A stretch of 64,000 nucleotides of DNA from Octopus vulgaris (Eukaryota). The notes beneath the pieces were generated by a model. It saw only the letters and a list, made by a program, of their open reading frames with translations, was not told where the DNA came from and did no database searches. Made by a program: the position numbers and the translations under genes. Shown one piece after another: positions 31,571 through 46,329 of the stretch (the first letter of the stretch is position 1; each line of letters starts with the position of its first letter). The stretch is taken from NCBI GenBank assembly GCA_951406725.2, contig OX597835.1:39184001-39248000 (forward strand). The letters run 5' to 3'.

Positions 31571-32467
31571 ATATACCCTCGTGTATTTTAGTACGAGGGA
31601 CCAATCATCGAGTTTTCGATGGAGAAGTTTGGGAAGAAGATCCTCCAGTTGTCATGCCTATCCCCCGTATCATTCCAAACCGAGAGGAACTGTGGACTCA
31701 GTGGAAAGACGAGGAGGATATTTCAGTGCCTGAGAACAATAACGGTTCGATACCAAATGCTGCTTTGATCATATGTAGTTACAAGAACTAACCCAGCTAC
31801 CTGCAAATTTTGAAGAGCCCAACAATATCCATGGTGAAACCCCACCTTTTTTTTTACCTTTTTCTTTTGTCTGTCCCCTGCTATCGATTCGCTACAGCTC
31901 AGAGCCCCTTGCAGATTGCAATAAATTTACTTGAAATGAGAGAAAAGAGGCTACATTAGGATCGTTCTATTTGTTTCTTAGATATATTTAAAAACAGAGA
32001 GTGTTGAAAGTGGTTTTTGAGACCCCTAAGAGCGTCTTATATAAAGAAGTCTGGATTTTAATATTTTAAAATACAAAACTAGATTTTTATTGATTGCATA
32101 ATATTTTATTTATTCTAATGGTCTTAAATTGTCACAAAAATATCGATAAAACCAATTTTACATTTTTATTTCGTACATTAATATTTATAATTACATTTTC
32201 GCAATAAATCTAATTACATTTTCTTTTTTCTATATTTAATAAAATGTTTTTAATGCGGCCGTTTTAGACTTCACGTAAATCAATGTGGCCTTCGAATATT
32301 AAGAAAAATCGAAAGGTTCCGTCGCCTCTGCTTTAGCAATTTCCTGAATATCATAGTTCACGTGTCCAAAATACAGAACTACACCAATTTTATTACAGAA
32401 CCACCAACTCAATGTTTAAATTCAAATAAACGCCAAACTCTATAAACAGGTCGTTATTTGCACTGTG

Positions 32468-32865
32468 AACATTTCTATTCTAAGCACAAGGCCTGAAATT
32501 TTAGGGGAAGGGGCAAGACGATTACATCGACCCCAGTACTCAACTGGTACTTAATTTATCGACCCCGAAAGGATGAAAGGAAAAGTCGACCATGGCGGAA
32601 TTTGAACTCAGAACGTAGCAGAAGATGAAATACCTATTTCTTTACTACCCACAAGGGGCTAAACACAGAGGGAGCAAACAAGGACATATAAACGGATTAA
32701 GTCGATTATATCGACCCCAGTGCGTAACTGGTACTCATTTAATCGACCCCGATAGGATGAAAGGTATAGTCGACCTCGGCGATATTTGAACTCAGAACGT
32801 AGCGGAAGACGAAACACTGCTAAGCATTTCACCCGGCGTGCTAACGATTCTGCCAGTTCGCCGCC
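32468..32865 (-). mobile_element. SINE family B dimer with 14-bp TSD
   Basis: TSD ttatttgcactgtg at 32454-32467 and 32866-32879. Confidence 0.93.
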
Positions 32866-33684
32866 TTATTTGCACTGTGGACTGAGAGAGCTGAAACGAT
32901 GACTCGCACATCTATTCTAAACACGCTGAGGCAGCAGATTCGAAAGCAAACATGATAATCGCGGTTGTGTATGTCACAGGAGAACAGCTTCTCCTTTCAC
33001 AACAACTTGCTTATAACACACTTGACTCATTAGCGACCGTGGATACTTTTTTGAGATGCTGACATGACAATGTTGTGCCTTTAGACAGTATAAGCATTCA
33101 GTTACATTTTTGTCGAATAAAAATTCGCTGGGGGGAGGCACACAAGCAGATTGTAAGCTAGATAACTCATCTTAAAGACATTGCATTTCTTTAATTGGTA
33201 GTTTAGTTGATGAAATTACCATCTTTAAAAAACCGCTTTTTTATTGCAATTTTTTTTTTCTTTTACAGTAATTTTCCTTCAGTAAAAATCTTTACGACAA
33301 AATTTCCTATAGCCTCAGTTCTTGCAAGTGGTTGAGCACTCTACAGATACGCACATCTTTAACGTAGTTCTCAAGGGGATTCGGTATGACACAGAATGTG
33401 ACAAGGCTTGCTCTTTTGAATTACAGCTATAACTCATTTTTTTTGCCAGCTGATTGGACTGGAACCACGGGACATGAATGTCCTGGGTTGATTCGTTCGA
33501 CTAAATACCCTCCAAGGCAGTGCTCCATCTTGATCAGAGTTAGATGACTGAAATGAGTAAAAGGATAAAACACGAAAGATAAAATATGCTAAGAACTGTA
33601 ATAGTTTGTTGCGGTGATGATGTCGATAGGGTGATAGTTAATGGAGGTGATGGAGGTAGCTGTATGTGATAAAGTGGTTGACCG

Positions 33685-33747
<63 letters not shown>

Positions 33748-34439
33748 ATACGTAAACATACGTAACCATAAATTCATACATACATCTATGTAGAAGATCT
33801 GAACACTAAACGTGTAGCGAAGAAATGCTATCAAGAAATAGTGCTTTTATTTTACAACTATCGGAGCGCAAAGAGCTCCTCACGAACGAAGATTCCCAAG
33901 ATGGTTGTGAACTATAAACAGTTTTGAATAGAAACCGGAAAGAAAAGTGTGAATGCGCAATGCGCATGTGCACACTTAATTGGTAAAACGGAAGAGAAGA
34001 ATGAAAACACAATATGCATGTCAATATAAATTGGAAGAGGAGAATAAAACAAGCTAAATAATGGTCTCCATGCTATGTTGACACCACCATCATGCAGCTT
34101 TGCTGAAATTTTCTTGTTATATATACAAAAGTTCACCTCAAAAATTCTTCAAATGCAGACAGAGAAACAGCGAGAGCTGGGGAGAAAAGGAGAGCAAGAG
34201 AAGGCGTGCTTTACTTTCTCTCCCGTCCTTACTCAGCCTCTCACTTCTTAGAAGCCTTACCGTTCGACAAATAGCTTTCGATAAAACGGACTTCCGCATA
34301 GTTTTCCGATTATTACCTCACAAGACATCGATCGACCCGAGCTTAACAGCAGAAGGTACCGCGCAATGCAATAAAAAAGCCGGTACGTTACAGCTGAGAG
34401 CGCAGCGTTTCTTCATAACCCAGAGGCGACGACTACGTG

Positions 34440-34518
<79 letters not shown>

Positions 34519-35535
34519 TTATTTATTTATATATATATATATATAGCTCCCCACACACACACAAACACATGTATACATATATATATATATACACACACAC
34601 AAGGACACACACACTCACACCAATCTCACCTCCATACAGACACACATATACACACGCAGCACCATGCCAAATGCCATCCACACACATAATACACACACAC
34701 ACAACACCAAGACAACCACACACGCGGTTGACAAACGGACACACATATACACACACCATCCTACCAGATCTTACAAACACACAGACACACACACAAAGAC
34801 ACACACACACACACACAAAGACACACACACTCACCCCCACCCTGACCCCTAAATCATTGATGCTTGAAGGAGAGACAAAAAAAGGGTCAATTCTTTTCAG
34901 TTCCACATTACTCCTCCTTTCCCCCCCAACCAAACACACCTACTGCGTCCCTTGAAATAGATAATATTCTTTCACGCTACCATAGCGGACAGGTCAGTTT
35001 TAGCTTCACTACTATTATAATGTAAATCTTTTTGAACTCATAATATTCTGTACGTGTATACTGGAAATTATCTTGAAAATGTATAATATATTTGTTGTAA
35101 TCTTTTGTGCCCATTATTTCAATGAGCTTGTTAAACTTTTTTATATTCTCAACATACTCTTGTCACCAAAGAATGTATATTTATATGGATTTTAGTACTC
35201 TGTGTCAACCAATATTCTGTGCATGTTTGAATATACAGATACAATACCAATACCAATATCAATTCCTTCTGGAAACTATCTTAAGCATGTCCTTGAGAAC
35301 GATTATTTATGTAGTAATCTTTTGTGCCCAATATTTTAAGGAACTTGTTGAACTGTTTTATGTCCTTAACATGTCCCTGTTACCAAAGACTGTATATAAG
35401 TAATGTAGCAATGTGTAACAACCAATAATTAACGCAACCAAACTTCTACATGTTACTTTTGACAATCTTTTTCCAAAGAGTGAAACCGGTAAAGTAAATA
35501 AACATCTTTTAAATTGCATTTTCAAACCTTCTTTC

Positions 35536-35606
<71 letters not shown>

Positions 35607-36324
35607 CATACATCATACATACATACATACATACATACATACATACATACATACATACATACATACATACATACATACATACATACACATATATATATAT
35701 ACATATACATACAGACACACAGATACATAAATTCATTTTACATCATATATCATATTTAATACACAAATAAAATATATATACATTTAATATGCGTGTGTTT
35801 AACCGCTAGAATTTCGTTGATTATAATACCAAAATAAAATTTTATTTATCAAATTTATTTATATATTTATATTTATATTCTTGGTTTTATAATATATTGA
35901 ATAGGAAAAAATAAAGCATATTTTCATTTCTTTTAAATATTTTTTCTTTTCTTTTTGTTTTCTTGTTTTGCAATGAAGTCTACGAGAAAACGTGCAACAA
36001 CAACAGCAACAACAACGAAAGGGAGGCAAAAACTCGATATCTTCCGAGTATTTAGATATTTTCCTTGTAGTTTGGTTTCAGCAGATGGATTGTTGCCTAT
36101 GCATTCTCAGAACACAAGTGTACACACACACACACACACACAAACTTACACACTCACACACATACACAAACACATATATCTATTTACATATATGCATACA
36201 ATTACATACATGCATACATACATGCATGCATATATATATACGTACGTTTAAACACACATTCATATATACATACGTATATATATATACGTACTTTTAAACA
36301 CACATACATATATACATACGTATA

Positions 36325-36369
<45 letters not shown>

Positions 36370-36398
36370 TATACACATAAATAAATACACATACATAC

Positions 36399-36466
<68 letters not shown>

Positions 36467-36947
36467 GTACATACAACCATATATAATACATAAACATGCA
36501 TACACAAATATATATTCTAACATACACACACATAGACCGATACACACGTGCATACATACATACACACACACATATATACACACATAGACACATACATACA
36601 TACATACATACATACATACATACATACATACATACATACATACATACATACATACATACAAATATATGCTCATACAATACGCAGATATTCAGACAGGGGT
36701 CGTGGAACTTTTTTTTAACCAATTCCCCCAAAATATATTTATTTATGCCGAAGTTAAACCCTTGATTTGAAAAGAAAATCATATATTCTTTGAATTGAAA
36801 AGGTTTATTAAATCTGTTTTATCAAATCTATTTATAAGAATCTATTTACCCGTCCATTACACTGGACAGATGCAGTGTTGCCAGAGGGAAAATGTCTGTC
36901 ATAACAAGGAACACGGTTTTTTTTAATGTAATTTTGCTTATGTCTAT

Positions 36948-37112
36948 AGGCGTAGGAGTGGCTGTGGGGTAAGTAGCTTGCTTACGAACCACGTGGTTCC
37001 GGGTTCAAGTCCCACTGCGTGGCACCTTGGGAAAGTGTCTTCAACTATAGCCTCGGACCGACCAAAGCTTTGTGAGTGGATTTTGTAGACGGAAACTGAA
37101 AGAAGCCCGTCG

Positions 37113-37163
<51 letters not shown>

Positions 37164-38590
37164 TTGTCCCCCCACCACCACCAACATCGATTGACAACCG
37201 ATGCTGGTGTGTTTACGTCACCGTCACTTAGCGGTTCAGCAAAAGAGACCGATAGAATAAGTACTAGGCTTACAAAGAATAAGTCCTGGAGTCGATTTGC
37301 TCGGCTAAAGGCGGTGCTCCAGCATGGCCACAGTCACATGACTGAAACAAGTAAAAGAGTAAACCAGAGTCGTAAAAGCTCTCTCAGTAGATCGATGCTG
37401 CTATTGTTTATCACTTATCGTTAGTGCGTCGAACAAGGTGCTTATTCTTTTATTCCTTTATTATTTTATTTGTTTCAGTCATTTGACTGCGGCCATGCTG
37501 GAGCACCGCCTCGAAGGGTTTTAGTCAAACAAATCGACCCTGGACATTTTTGTTGTTGTTGTTTTGTAAGCCTAGCACTTATTCTATCGGTCTCTTTTGC
37601 TGAACTGCTAGGTTACGGGGACGTAAACACATCAGCACCGGTTGTCAAGTGGTGGTGGAGGAGACACAAAGACGCACATGCATAGATATATATACGACGG
37701 GCTTCTTTCAGTTTCCGCCTACCACGTCCACTCACAAGGCTTTGGTCGGCCTGAGGCTACATTAGAAGACACTTGCTCGAGGTGCCATGCAGTGGGACTG
37801 AACCCGGGACCATGTGGTTGGAAAGCAGGCTTTACATGTGTACGACGGGTTTCTTTCAGTTCCACAAAGCTTTGGTCGGCCCAGGGCTATAGTTGAAGTC
37901 ATTTGCCCAAGGTGCCACGCAGTGGGACTGAAACCCGGAACCATGGTTGGGAAGCAAACAGCTTACCACACAACCACACTTAGTTACATTTCTTCCGGCT
38001 GTTTGGGTTCTGCGTTCCAATCTGGCCGAGGACAACTTTGCCTTTATTTTTTCAGGGTCTATAAACGACTTGCCCCCTCCCATTTGCTTTCTGCTAAAAT
38101 CTGAAGCTATTATCAATCGTTGGCGCGTCGGACAAAATGCTCACCGCATTTCTTTCGGTTCTTTACTTTCCGAGTTCAAAATCCCGTCTTTCATTCTTTC
38201 GGGTTCGATAGGAGTGGCTAGGTGGTAAGTAGCTTGCTGATCAACCACATGGTTCCAGGTTCTGTCCCACTGCGTGACACCTTGGACAAGTGTCTTCTAC
38301 TATAGCTTTGGACCGACCAAAGCCTTGTGAGTGGATTTGGTAGACGGAAACTGAAAGAAGCCCGTCGAATATATGTATATATATATGTGTGTTTGTGTGT
38401 CTGTCCCTCCACCATCGCTTGACAACAGATGCTGGTGAGTTTACGTCCCCGTAACATAGCGGTTCGGCAAAAGTGACCGATAGAATAAGTACTAGGCTTA
38501 CAAATAATAAGTCCTGGGGTCGATTTGCTCGACTAAAGGCAGTGCTCCAGCAAGGCCACAGTCAAATGACTGCAACAGGTAAAAAAGTAA
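36948..38590. mobile_element. Three family A SINEs in alternating orientation (36948-37365 +, 37460-37980 - with duplicated head, 38209-38590 +)
   Basis: Matches to the family A modules; degenerate B fragments at 37985-38210. Confidence 0.9.
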
Positions 38591-38629
38591 ACTAAAGTAC
38601 CGCTCAAGTACTGGCTTCGATAATATTGA

Positions 38630-38840
38630 CTTGGCCGAATCTTCAACATGCCGGACAAAATGCTTAGCAACATGTCGTCCGTCTTTACGTTCCGAGTTCA
38701 AATTCCGCCGAAGTCAGCTTGGCTTTCATCCTTTCGGGGTCGATAAAATAAGTACCAGTTGAACACTAGGGTCGATGTGATCGACATACACTCCTCCCCC
38801 GAAATTACTGGCCTTGTGCCAAAATTAGAAAGGATTACTT
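38630..38840 (+). mobile_element. SINE family B, diverged subfamily
   Basis: gagttcaaattccgccga...catcctttcggggtcgataaaataagtaccagttg. Confidence 0.8.
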
Positions 38841-39194
38841 AAGAAAGGGTCGTTCGATTCTCATTCAGCAGAGCTATGATCAAAAGTGATCCAGCCGTAA
38901 CCATCCCGTCTTCACAGTTCTACATTGTTAAATGCTGTCTAAGATATACATACATTTGTATTTAAATGATATGATTTAATGAAAATTTAGCTCTTATTTC
39001 TAGCATGTTGAGCGATCGCGTACAGGCACGTTGGCTCAATACTAATGATGTTGCCACTGCCCATTCGCTGATAATGTTGTTGGTGCTGTTGCTGTTGCTG
39101 TTGAGCGAACGGTCTTCGTCCCAGAACCTGAAAGATGGGAGAAGTCCGAATCGTGGTCCTTTGCTATTCGTAAGACCCGCAGAAGAGAAAGCAG

Positions 39195-39330
39195 GTCAAC
39201 CCCCCGACACCGAGAGCATCGACGGATGGATGAATGCGCATCCAGGCTCAGCGGTTGCGTAGGAAGTCGGGTATAAGAAACAAGAAGAAAGAATGAGAGA
39301 AAGTTGGGGCGAAAGAGCACAACAGGAGGC
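39195..39330 (-). mobile_element. SINE family D fragment
   Basis: gagagaaagttggggcgaaagagcacaacagg is shared with 45750-45780 and 51908-51940. Confidence 0.7.
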
Positions 39331-39690
39331 GGCGGTAGAGGAGGTAGTAGCAAGGGTGGCGGAGGCGGCGGAGGAAGATGTGGAGGCGGCGGCAGCAGCG
39401 ACGGAGGCAGCAGTGGCGGCGGAGGCAGCGGCGGAGGCAGCGGCGGAGGCAGCGGCGGAGGCAGCAGCGGAGGCAGCGGCGGAGGCAGCGGCGGAGGCAG
39501 CGGCGGAGGCAGCGGCGGAGGCAGCGGCGGAGGCAGCGGCGGAGGCAGCGGCGGAGGCAGCGGCGGAGGCGGCGGTGGAGGAGATAGTAGCAAGGGCGGC
39601 GGAGGCAGCGTAGGCTGCGAAGAAAGAGGTGGAAGCAGAGGAGGCGGTGGAGGCGGAGGTGGTGGAGGCGGAGGCGGCGGCAGTGGTAGT
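39330..39690 (+). repeat. GC-rich 12-bp minisatellite (GGCGGAGGCAGC)n
   Basis: About 12 near-perfect units at 39417-39570 with degenerate flanks. Confidence 0.95.
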
Positions 39691-39879
39691 GGTAGTAGTG
39701 AGAATAACAGTGACTTTGGCGACAACAAAACACGAAGATACACACACGCACGTATATAAAAATATGTGTCTGTGTATATGTATGTTGTGTGCGTGTGTGT
39801 GTGTGTATCTATGGATTTTCCCCTCGTTAGACAACGGATGAGGGTTCCGCAATGATTTGTTCCCTAGTGGCCAAATGTT

Positions 39880-40072
39880 TGCGTTGCGCATAAGCTCACT
39901 CACGCCATCAGACAGACATTACCCGTATACAGACCACACATCTGATGACAAAACGATCACAGAGCAACGTGAAATGAAGTGTTTTGCTCAAGAACTCAAC
40001 GCTCCGCTCGGTCCGGCGATCGAACCTACAATCTAGTAATCATGAGTGCAACACGTTAACCACTAAACCACA
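39880..40072 (-). mobile_element. SINE family C-related 5' fragment
   Basis: gagcaacgtgaaatgaagtgttttgctcaagaac...atcgaacc...taaccacta. Confidence 0.75.
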
Positions 40073-40334
40073 TGAGGAACTTCCACGCAGTTTCCGTCTA
40101 CCAAATTCACTCACAAGCCTTGCTCGTCCCAGGTCTACAGGAAAAGAAACTTGCCAAAGGCACCACGTATTGGTATTGAACCCCAAACCACAGTTCTTGC
40201 ACACAACCATGTCTGCGCCTTACTGAAAATATTTAAATAATAGCAATTATAACACTGTGTAATAATTTTTCTATTTTCTCTCTTTTTTTTTTTTTGTCTT
40301 TTGTCAGTAGGTGTTGTTTCCTATTTGCTTTTGA

Positions 40335-40700
40335 TCTAGAAATTAAAGGAAACGGCTACTATTCCCTTCACATTTTGCTTTTGTGACATGGACATCAATG
40401 TTTTAAAACTGACCTATTTTCCGTTCAGACAGATTCAGCGCTGAAATGCTGAAGCAGAAATATCGTTATACCAAATATTCTAACCAAATATTTGCTCAGT
40501 TAGTGTTATTTCCAATTTGCTTGTATCAAAAAAATCGAAGGAAATTACTACTATTCCTTTCAAACTTTGCTTTTGCGATCTGGGCATAAATGTTTTGAAA
40601 TGGTTTCCGTTTCATTTCAGACGGATTCAGCGCTGAGTTACTGAAAGAGAAATATCTTTAAACCAAATATTCTGCTCAATACCACAAATTTACTTGACAA
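40335..40700 (+). repeat. Two diverged ~190-bp tandem units, probably internal to an old DNA element
   Basis: actattcc..tca.a.tttgcttttg...cagac.gattcagcgctga...gaaatatc.tta.accaaatattct occurs twice. Confidence 0.75.
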
Positions 40701-41139
40701 TGGCTTGACCATAACCACTTGAGCATGTCATTTAGTGGCTGACAATATGCGCATCTTGCATCTCTGGGCACGAGCAGGGGTAGCTGGGTGAGCATCATAG
40801 CCGTATGTTGAAAGGGATTCTTCAAAATTTGAATAAATGTAACAAAAGCAAAGCTTGAAGAAAATAGCTATTTTTCATAATTTTTCATATTAGCTATTTT
40901 CAAAATGCAAGCAAATTGGAAATAACAGTTGTTTCCCAAGGCCAATAATCGTGCGCTAATGTTCTTTTGTTATACACACCACAGGCTTCCATGCAGTTTC
41001 CGCCCGCCGAATACCATTCACATGTTATTGGTTACTCTAATGTTAGGGTTGAACTTAGTGCTCAGGTCTGAGACGAACTCTAGGGTTCATAAAAATGGAG
41101 CATGGTTCTCATGGCGTATAATAGCTGAGATTACAACAC

Positions 41140-41736
41140 TCCCCTGGATCGGACGCCAGTCTACCTCAGGATTAACTCACCAGCTATTGCTGGAACTCGT
41201 TTACAGCTGAGTGGACTGCAGTAACGTGAAGATGAAGTGTTTTGCTCATAAGCACAACGCACCGCCAGGTCCGGGTATCGTAACCGCGACCTAACAGTTG
41301 TGAATGTAACATTCCAACCTCCAGGTCACACATACATAAACACCTATTTCTTTACTACCCACAAGGGGCTAAACACAGAGAGGACAAACAAGGACAGACA
41401 AACGGATTAAGTCGATTATATCGACTCCAGTGCATAACTGGTTTATCGACCCCAGGCAAAGTGGACCTCGGCGGAATTTGAACTCAGAACGTAGCGACGG
41501 GCGAAATATCTATTTCTTTACTACCCACAAGGGGCTAAACACAGAGATGACAAACAAGGAGAGACAAACGGATTAAGTCGATTACATTGACCCCAGTGCG
41601 TAACTGGTACTTAATTTATCGACCCCGAGAGGCTGAAAGGCAAAGTCGACCTCGGCGGAATTTGAACTCAGAACGTAACCGCACACGAAATACCACTAAG
41701 CATTTCGCCCGGCGTGTTAACGTTTCTACCAGCTCG
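41140..41736 (-). mobile_element. SINE C-related fragment (41140-41330) followed by a SINE B dimer (41342-41736)
   Basis: acagctgagtggactg...tttgctca; family B body occurs twice. Confidence 0.85.
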
Positions 41737-42614
41737 CAGAAACACCGCCGCACTGCAGGATCGAACTCAGTACCGCGTGTGCTCGAGAAAGCAAACTTCT
41801 GCAATCATACGGCTGAGCTGAAACATCAAAGAAACGCAATCTGTGTCGGTTGCTCGTATTTGAAGTGTTTTCTTTGTTGTCGGCGGTGAAATTAGATATA
41901 AAAGGGTACCTCCTGGGAATTGAACCTACGTCAACACGACTCTGATTATATTACAGCTGTTCCATTACCACCATTTAATTATGTGTAGTTGAGACTTGGC
42001 GGATTAAATGACAGAGAGAAAATTGACGAATGGGTAACATCATAGACTTACGTGTTTCATATATAAATAGATTCTCTGTTGACAATGGTTTTCGTTAGTA
42101 GTTTTGCACTCTTCCCACCCGCCCGCCCCCACCCTCCGCCGCCGTCGCCGTCGCCGATCTCTTCTTCTTAAGAATATTTACTAATGTTTCTGTTATACTA
42201 GTAAAAAAAAAACTATGGTATACAATTAAGAGTAGACGAAGCAATACCATAAATCGGTTGGTCGGGGGTGGGCAAACAGATCACCTGGTAATAAATACCC
42301 CGAATTAAAAAAAAAAGACACAAACTGCTTCTGTCCCTCGCTTTTCTGTTGGTTTTTTTTGTATTTTTCTCTTGTTTTTTGTTGTTTTTTTCCTTTCTTT
42401 GCTTTTTTTTATATCTCAGCATCTTTCGCTTTTTGCCTTTTTTTTTTCGTGTCTCTTGGTTTCCTTCCTCAGCCTCATTCCTTCCTTTCTGTTCTCTCTC
42501 TCTTTCTCTCTCTTTTTCTCTCCCTCTCTCTCCCTCCCTCCCTCTCTCGCTCCTTCTCTCTCTCTCTCCCTCTCTCGCTCTCTCATTCCTATTTCTCATT
42601 CGCTGTCGTACATC

Positions 42615-42662
<48 letters not shown>

Positions 42663-42747
42663 GTGTCTCTGTCTTTCTCCCTTTCTCTATTGAATATCTT
42701 AGCCCCGCTCCCACTTTTTCTCTCTCTCTTTCAATCTCTCACCCGCT

Positions 42748-42779
<32 letters not shown>

Positions 42780-42829
42780 ACGTATATCTTAGCAGCATCT
42801 CTCTTTCGTTCGTATCTCTCACCCTCTCT

Positions 42830-42874
42830 TTCTCTCTTTTGTATCTCTTAGCCTCTTTCTCTTGTATCTCTTAG

Positions 42875-42912
<38 letters not shown>

Positions 42913-43116
42913 ATCTCTTAGCCTCTCTCTCTCTCTCTCTCTCTTGTATATCTTAGCCTCTCTCTCGTATCTCTTAGCCTCTCTCTCCCATCTCTCTCTT
43001 GTATCTCTTAGCCTCTCTCTCTCTCTTGTATCTCTTAGCCTCTCTCTCTCTCTTGTATCTCTTAGCCTCTCTCTCGTATCTCTTAGCCTCTCGCTCTCTC
43101 TCTTGTATCTCTTAGC
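42830..43116 (+). repeat. Minisatellite (CT)n-TGTATCTCTTAGC, about 10 copies
   Basis: Recurrent gtatctcttagcc separated by variable CT runs. Confidence 0.92.
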
Positions 43117-43458
43117 TGTTCTCTCCCCCTCTCTCTCACCCCTCTCTCTCCCTACCCAATATGTTTACTAATTTCTGTCTCAGTAAATAACAACCAAATG
43201 AAATTATAAGCCACGTTTAACGATAAAGAAAATAAAGAGACACAGCAACACCATAAAAAGAGGGAGGAGGAGGGGGGAGAGAAACAAGCCTCAAACGTAA
43301 AGAACAGAACAGAAAGAGATAAGCAACCTATTACCGCTCGAGTCTTTTTCCATTTCTATTTCTTTAGTTCTAACTCACGGCTTCTCACTCTTTTAACATC
43401 GCCATCTCTCTTCCTCGCTTTCTCGCTGTCTTGCGACTCTCTCTCTCTCTCTCTCTCA

Positions 43459-43559
<101 letters not shown>

Positions 43560-43770
43560 CATGCGTGTGTGTATGTTTCTGTGTATGTGTGTGTATAAAT
43601 GTACACATTGCTCCTTCTCTCCCTCATTTCCTTTCTCTCTCACTCTCTCACTCTCTTTCTCTCTCTCTATCTTTCTCCCTCTCTCTCTCCCTCTCTATCG
43701 ATATATATATATTTAAAGAGAGAGAGAGAGAGATATATTTATATAAACATACATACACACACATGTACGT

Positions 43771-43831
<61 letters not shown>

Positions 43832-43925
43832 TACATACATATAAATGTATATATTGCTCCCTTTCTTCCTCAGTTTCTCTCTCTCTTTCTCCCTCCTGCC
43901 TTCCCACTCTCTTTCTCACCCCCTC

Positions 43926-43959
<34 letters not shown>

Positions 43960-44395
43960 ATCTTTACTAAATGAGACAATATGTCTCTCCCTTTGTCATG
44001 TTATTCAATTTCAAGCAAGAACAAACGGGGACCAAAAGTCCTTCATCCTCTCACTTCTCTTTCCCTCTTACCTTCGCCCCTCTTTCATTCTGTCCCTCTT
44101 TCATTTCTTTCCTGCTTCCACCCTTTGCTATCCGATAGAAACACGTACACTTTCATACACATGAACACACATATTGACACACACGCACATGTACACACAT
44201 ACGCACATACACAAATATACACATATATTCGCGCCAAGAAGAGGCATATATACACATGTTTGTAGCGGATAAACACCCACCCACAAACACACTGAATAAC
44301 GTACGTCTTATAGAGACGCATACATATGCAAGGACATTCATACACACATACATACACATACACATACTCACGAATACATGGGAATACACAAAGAA

Positions 44396-44431
<36 letters not shown>

Positions 44432-44629
44432 ACATACACACGCATATACAAATAAACACACAAACGCGCGTACGGAATAAACACGTACACGCACGACCGA
44501 TTTCATAATGAAATTGTGGTCAACAACAACAACAAACAAACAAAAACAACAACAACAGTAACGAGAACAACGATGACCGCCATTACAGCAAAAACAACAG
44601 CAGCTGTAGAAGCTATGAATAATAAAAAA

Positions 44630-44685
<56 letters not shown>

Positions 44686-44740
44686 ATAATAATAATAGTA
44701 ATAATAATGATAATAATAATAATAATAATAATAATGATGT

Positions 44741-44784
<44 letters not shown>

Positions 44785-45310
44785 GTGATGCTGGTGGTGG
44801 TGGTGGTGGTGGTGGTGGTGGTGGTGGTGGTGGTGGTGGTGGTGGTGGTGGTGGTGGTGGTAGTGGTGGTGGTGGTGGTGGTGGTGGTGATGAGGAGGTG
44901 GAGGATGAAGGATGATGATAATGACCACAGCAGTGGCTACAGCTACTAAAACAATTACGGTACCAACAATAACGGGAAGAACATCTATTACAACAACAAC
45001 AACGACAACAACAATAATAATAAACAAGCAAACAAACAACAGCAGCAGGAGCATTTGCGACGACGGTGGCGGCAACCATTACCATCACCACCACTACTAC
45101 CAGCAGCAGCAACAACTATAACAAAAACTACGACAACAACGGCCACAGAACCAACACTGAGAGCAACAACAACAGCAAAAATACATAAACACTAAGACCA
45201 ACAAAAGTAGTAATAACAACAGCTGCTTCAACAACTACATCAGCAACATACTACTACTACTAACAATAATAATAATAATAATGGTGGTGGTGGTGGTGGT
45301 GGTGGTGGTG
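44630..45310. repeat. Graded trinucleotide field TAG>TAA>TGA>TGG, then CAA-rich
   Basis: Directly visible. Confidence 0.93.
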
Positions 45311-45609
45311 AAGCTGGAACGCCCATTAATAAATCCTCCTGTGGTTTCTCTTCTATGTCAGTAACGACGATAAGAGAGCCAAGTTGTGAGCGCCATCATC
45401 CATGCTGTTTACCTTCACGAAGTTGCTGCATATTAAATAATATGGTCCACTTGTTATGAGCCAGCGAAGAGGCGTCTTTGTGTGGTCGTTCATTCAACAG
45501 AGATAGAAATAGCAGCCAAATCAGCCTCAAATCGCAACCCATCGTCACAAAAAGATAAAACGCAAGGACATAATCGATAATGTATTTTCTGGAACATAAA
45601 AACTATTAT

Positions 45610-45920
45610 TTTATTTATGCGCCCTTTTTCAAGCCTAGCCAGATTCGTGGACCCGGTTTCCCGGTTTCTGTGGCGTATGTGTTCCCCCCAGCTGGACGGT
45701 ACGCCAGTCCACCGCAGCGTTACTCGAGAGACAGGAAGAAAGAGTAAGGGGAAGTTGGGGCGAAAGAGTACAACAGGGGTCGCCACCACCCCCTGCCGGA
45801 GCCTCGTGGAGCTTTAGGTGTTTTCGCTCAATAAACACACACAACGCCCGGTCTGGGAATCGAAACCGCGATCCTCCGACCGCGAGTCCGCTGCCCTAAC
45901 CATTGGACCATTGCGCCTCC
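45610..45920 (-). mobile_element. SINE family D, full length (tRNA-like head, V-domain-like core)
   Basis: Minus strand ggaggcgcaatggtccaatggttagggcagcggactcgcgg...ggtttcgattccc (A/B boxes); ctgcggtggactggcgtaccgtccag resembles the V-SINE core; A-rich tail. Confidence 0.85.
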
Positions 45921-46329
45921 TTGCTGTTGTTGTTTCTAGTCTCAGTCAAGAAACTAGAAACAGCAGTTAAATCAGCCTCAAACCACAATCATCGTAGTAA
46001 AAAAAACACAAGGATGTGGCCGAGAATGTATTATCTGGAACACAAAAACTCATCCTCATTGCCAGATGATATTACAATGAAAGACGAATAATAATATTGT
46101 GCTCAGACAAAAACTTTATAAACGAACAAAGAAACCATTGCAACAATTCCAAACCAAAGTGTAAAATGGCGAACTGTAACTTCAATTGTCCACAATGCAA
46201 AATGAACAGTCTGTACCACAGTAAGTGTGCTAAGGCGAAAAGAGTAAATCCGCAGCACTGAGTCGATGTATATCTAACGTCACCATAAAGTGTCCCTTCA
46301 GACGAATCGACGTCAGCTAAAAAAATGCT

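Noticed and set aside
39293-39613. (EAAA)n antifreeze-like helical protein
   Set aside because: The start lies in a SINE fragment, and the 12-bp repeat is open in most frames
45845-45920. tRNA gene
   Set aside because: A/B boxes are present but no clean cloverleaf is evident, and it continues into a SINE body; the same applies to the other SINE heads
46119-46261. Cys-rich peptide NHCNNSKPKCKMANCNFNCPQCK with a nearby GTAAGT
   Set aside because: Short, with no recognisable domain spacing or convincing acceptor; cannot be supported as an exon
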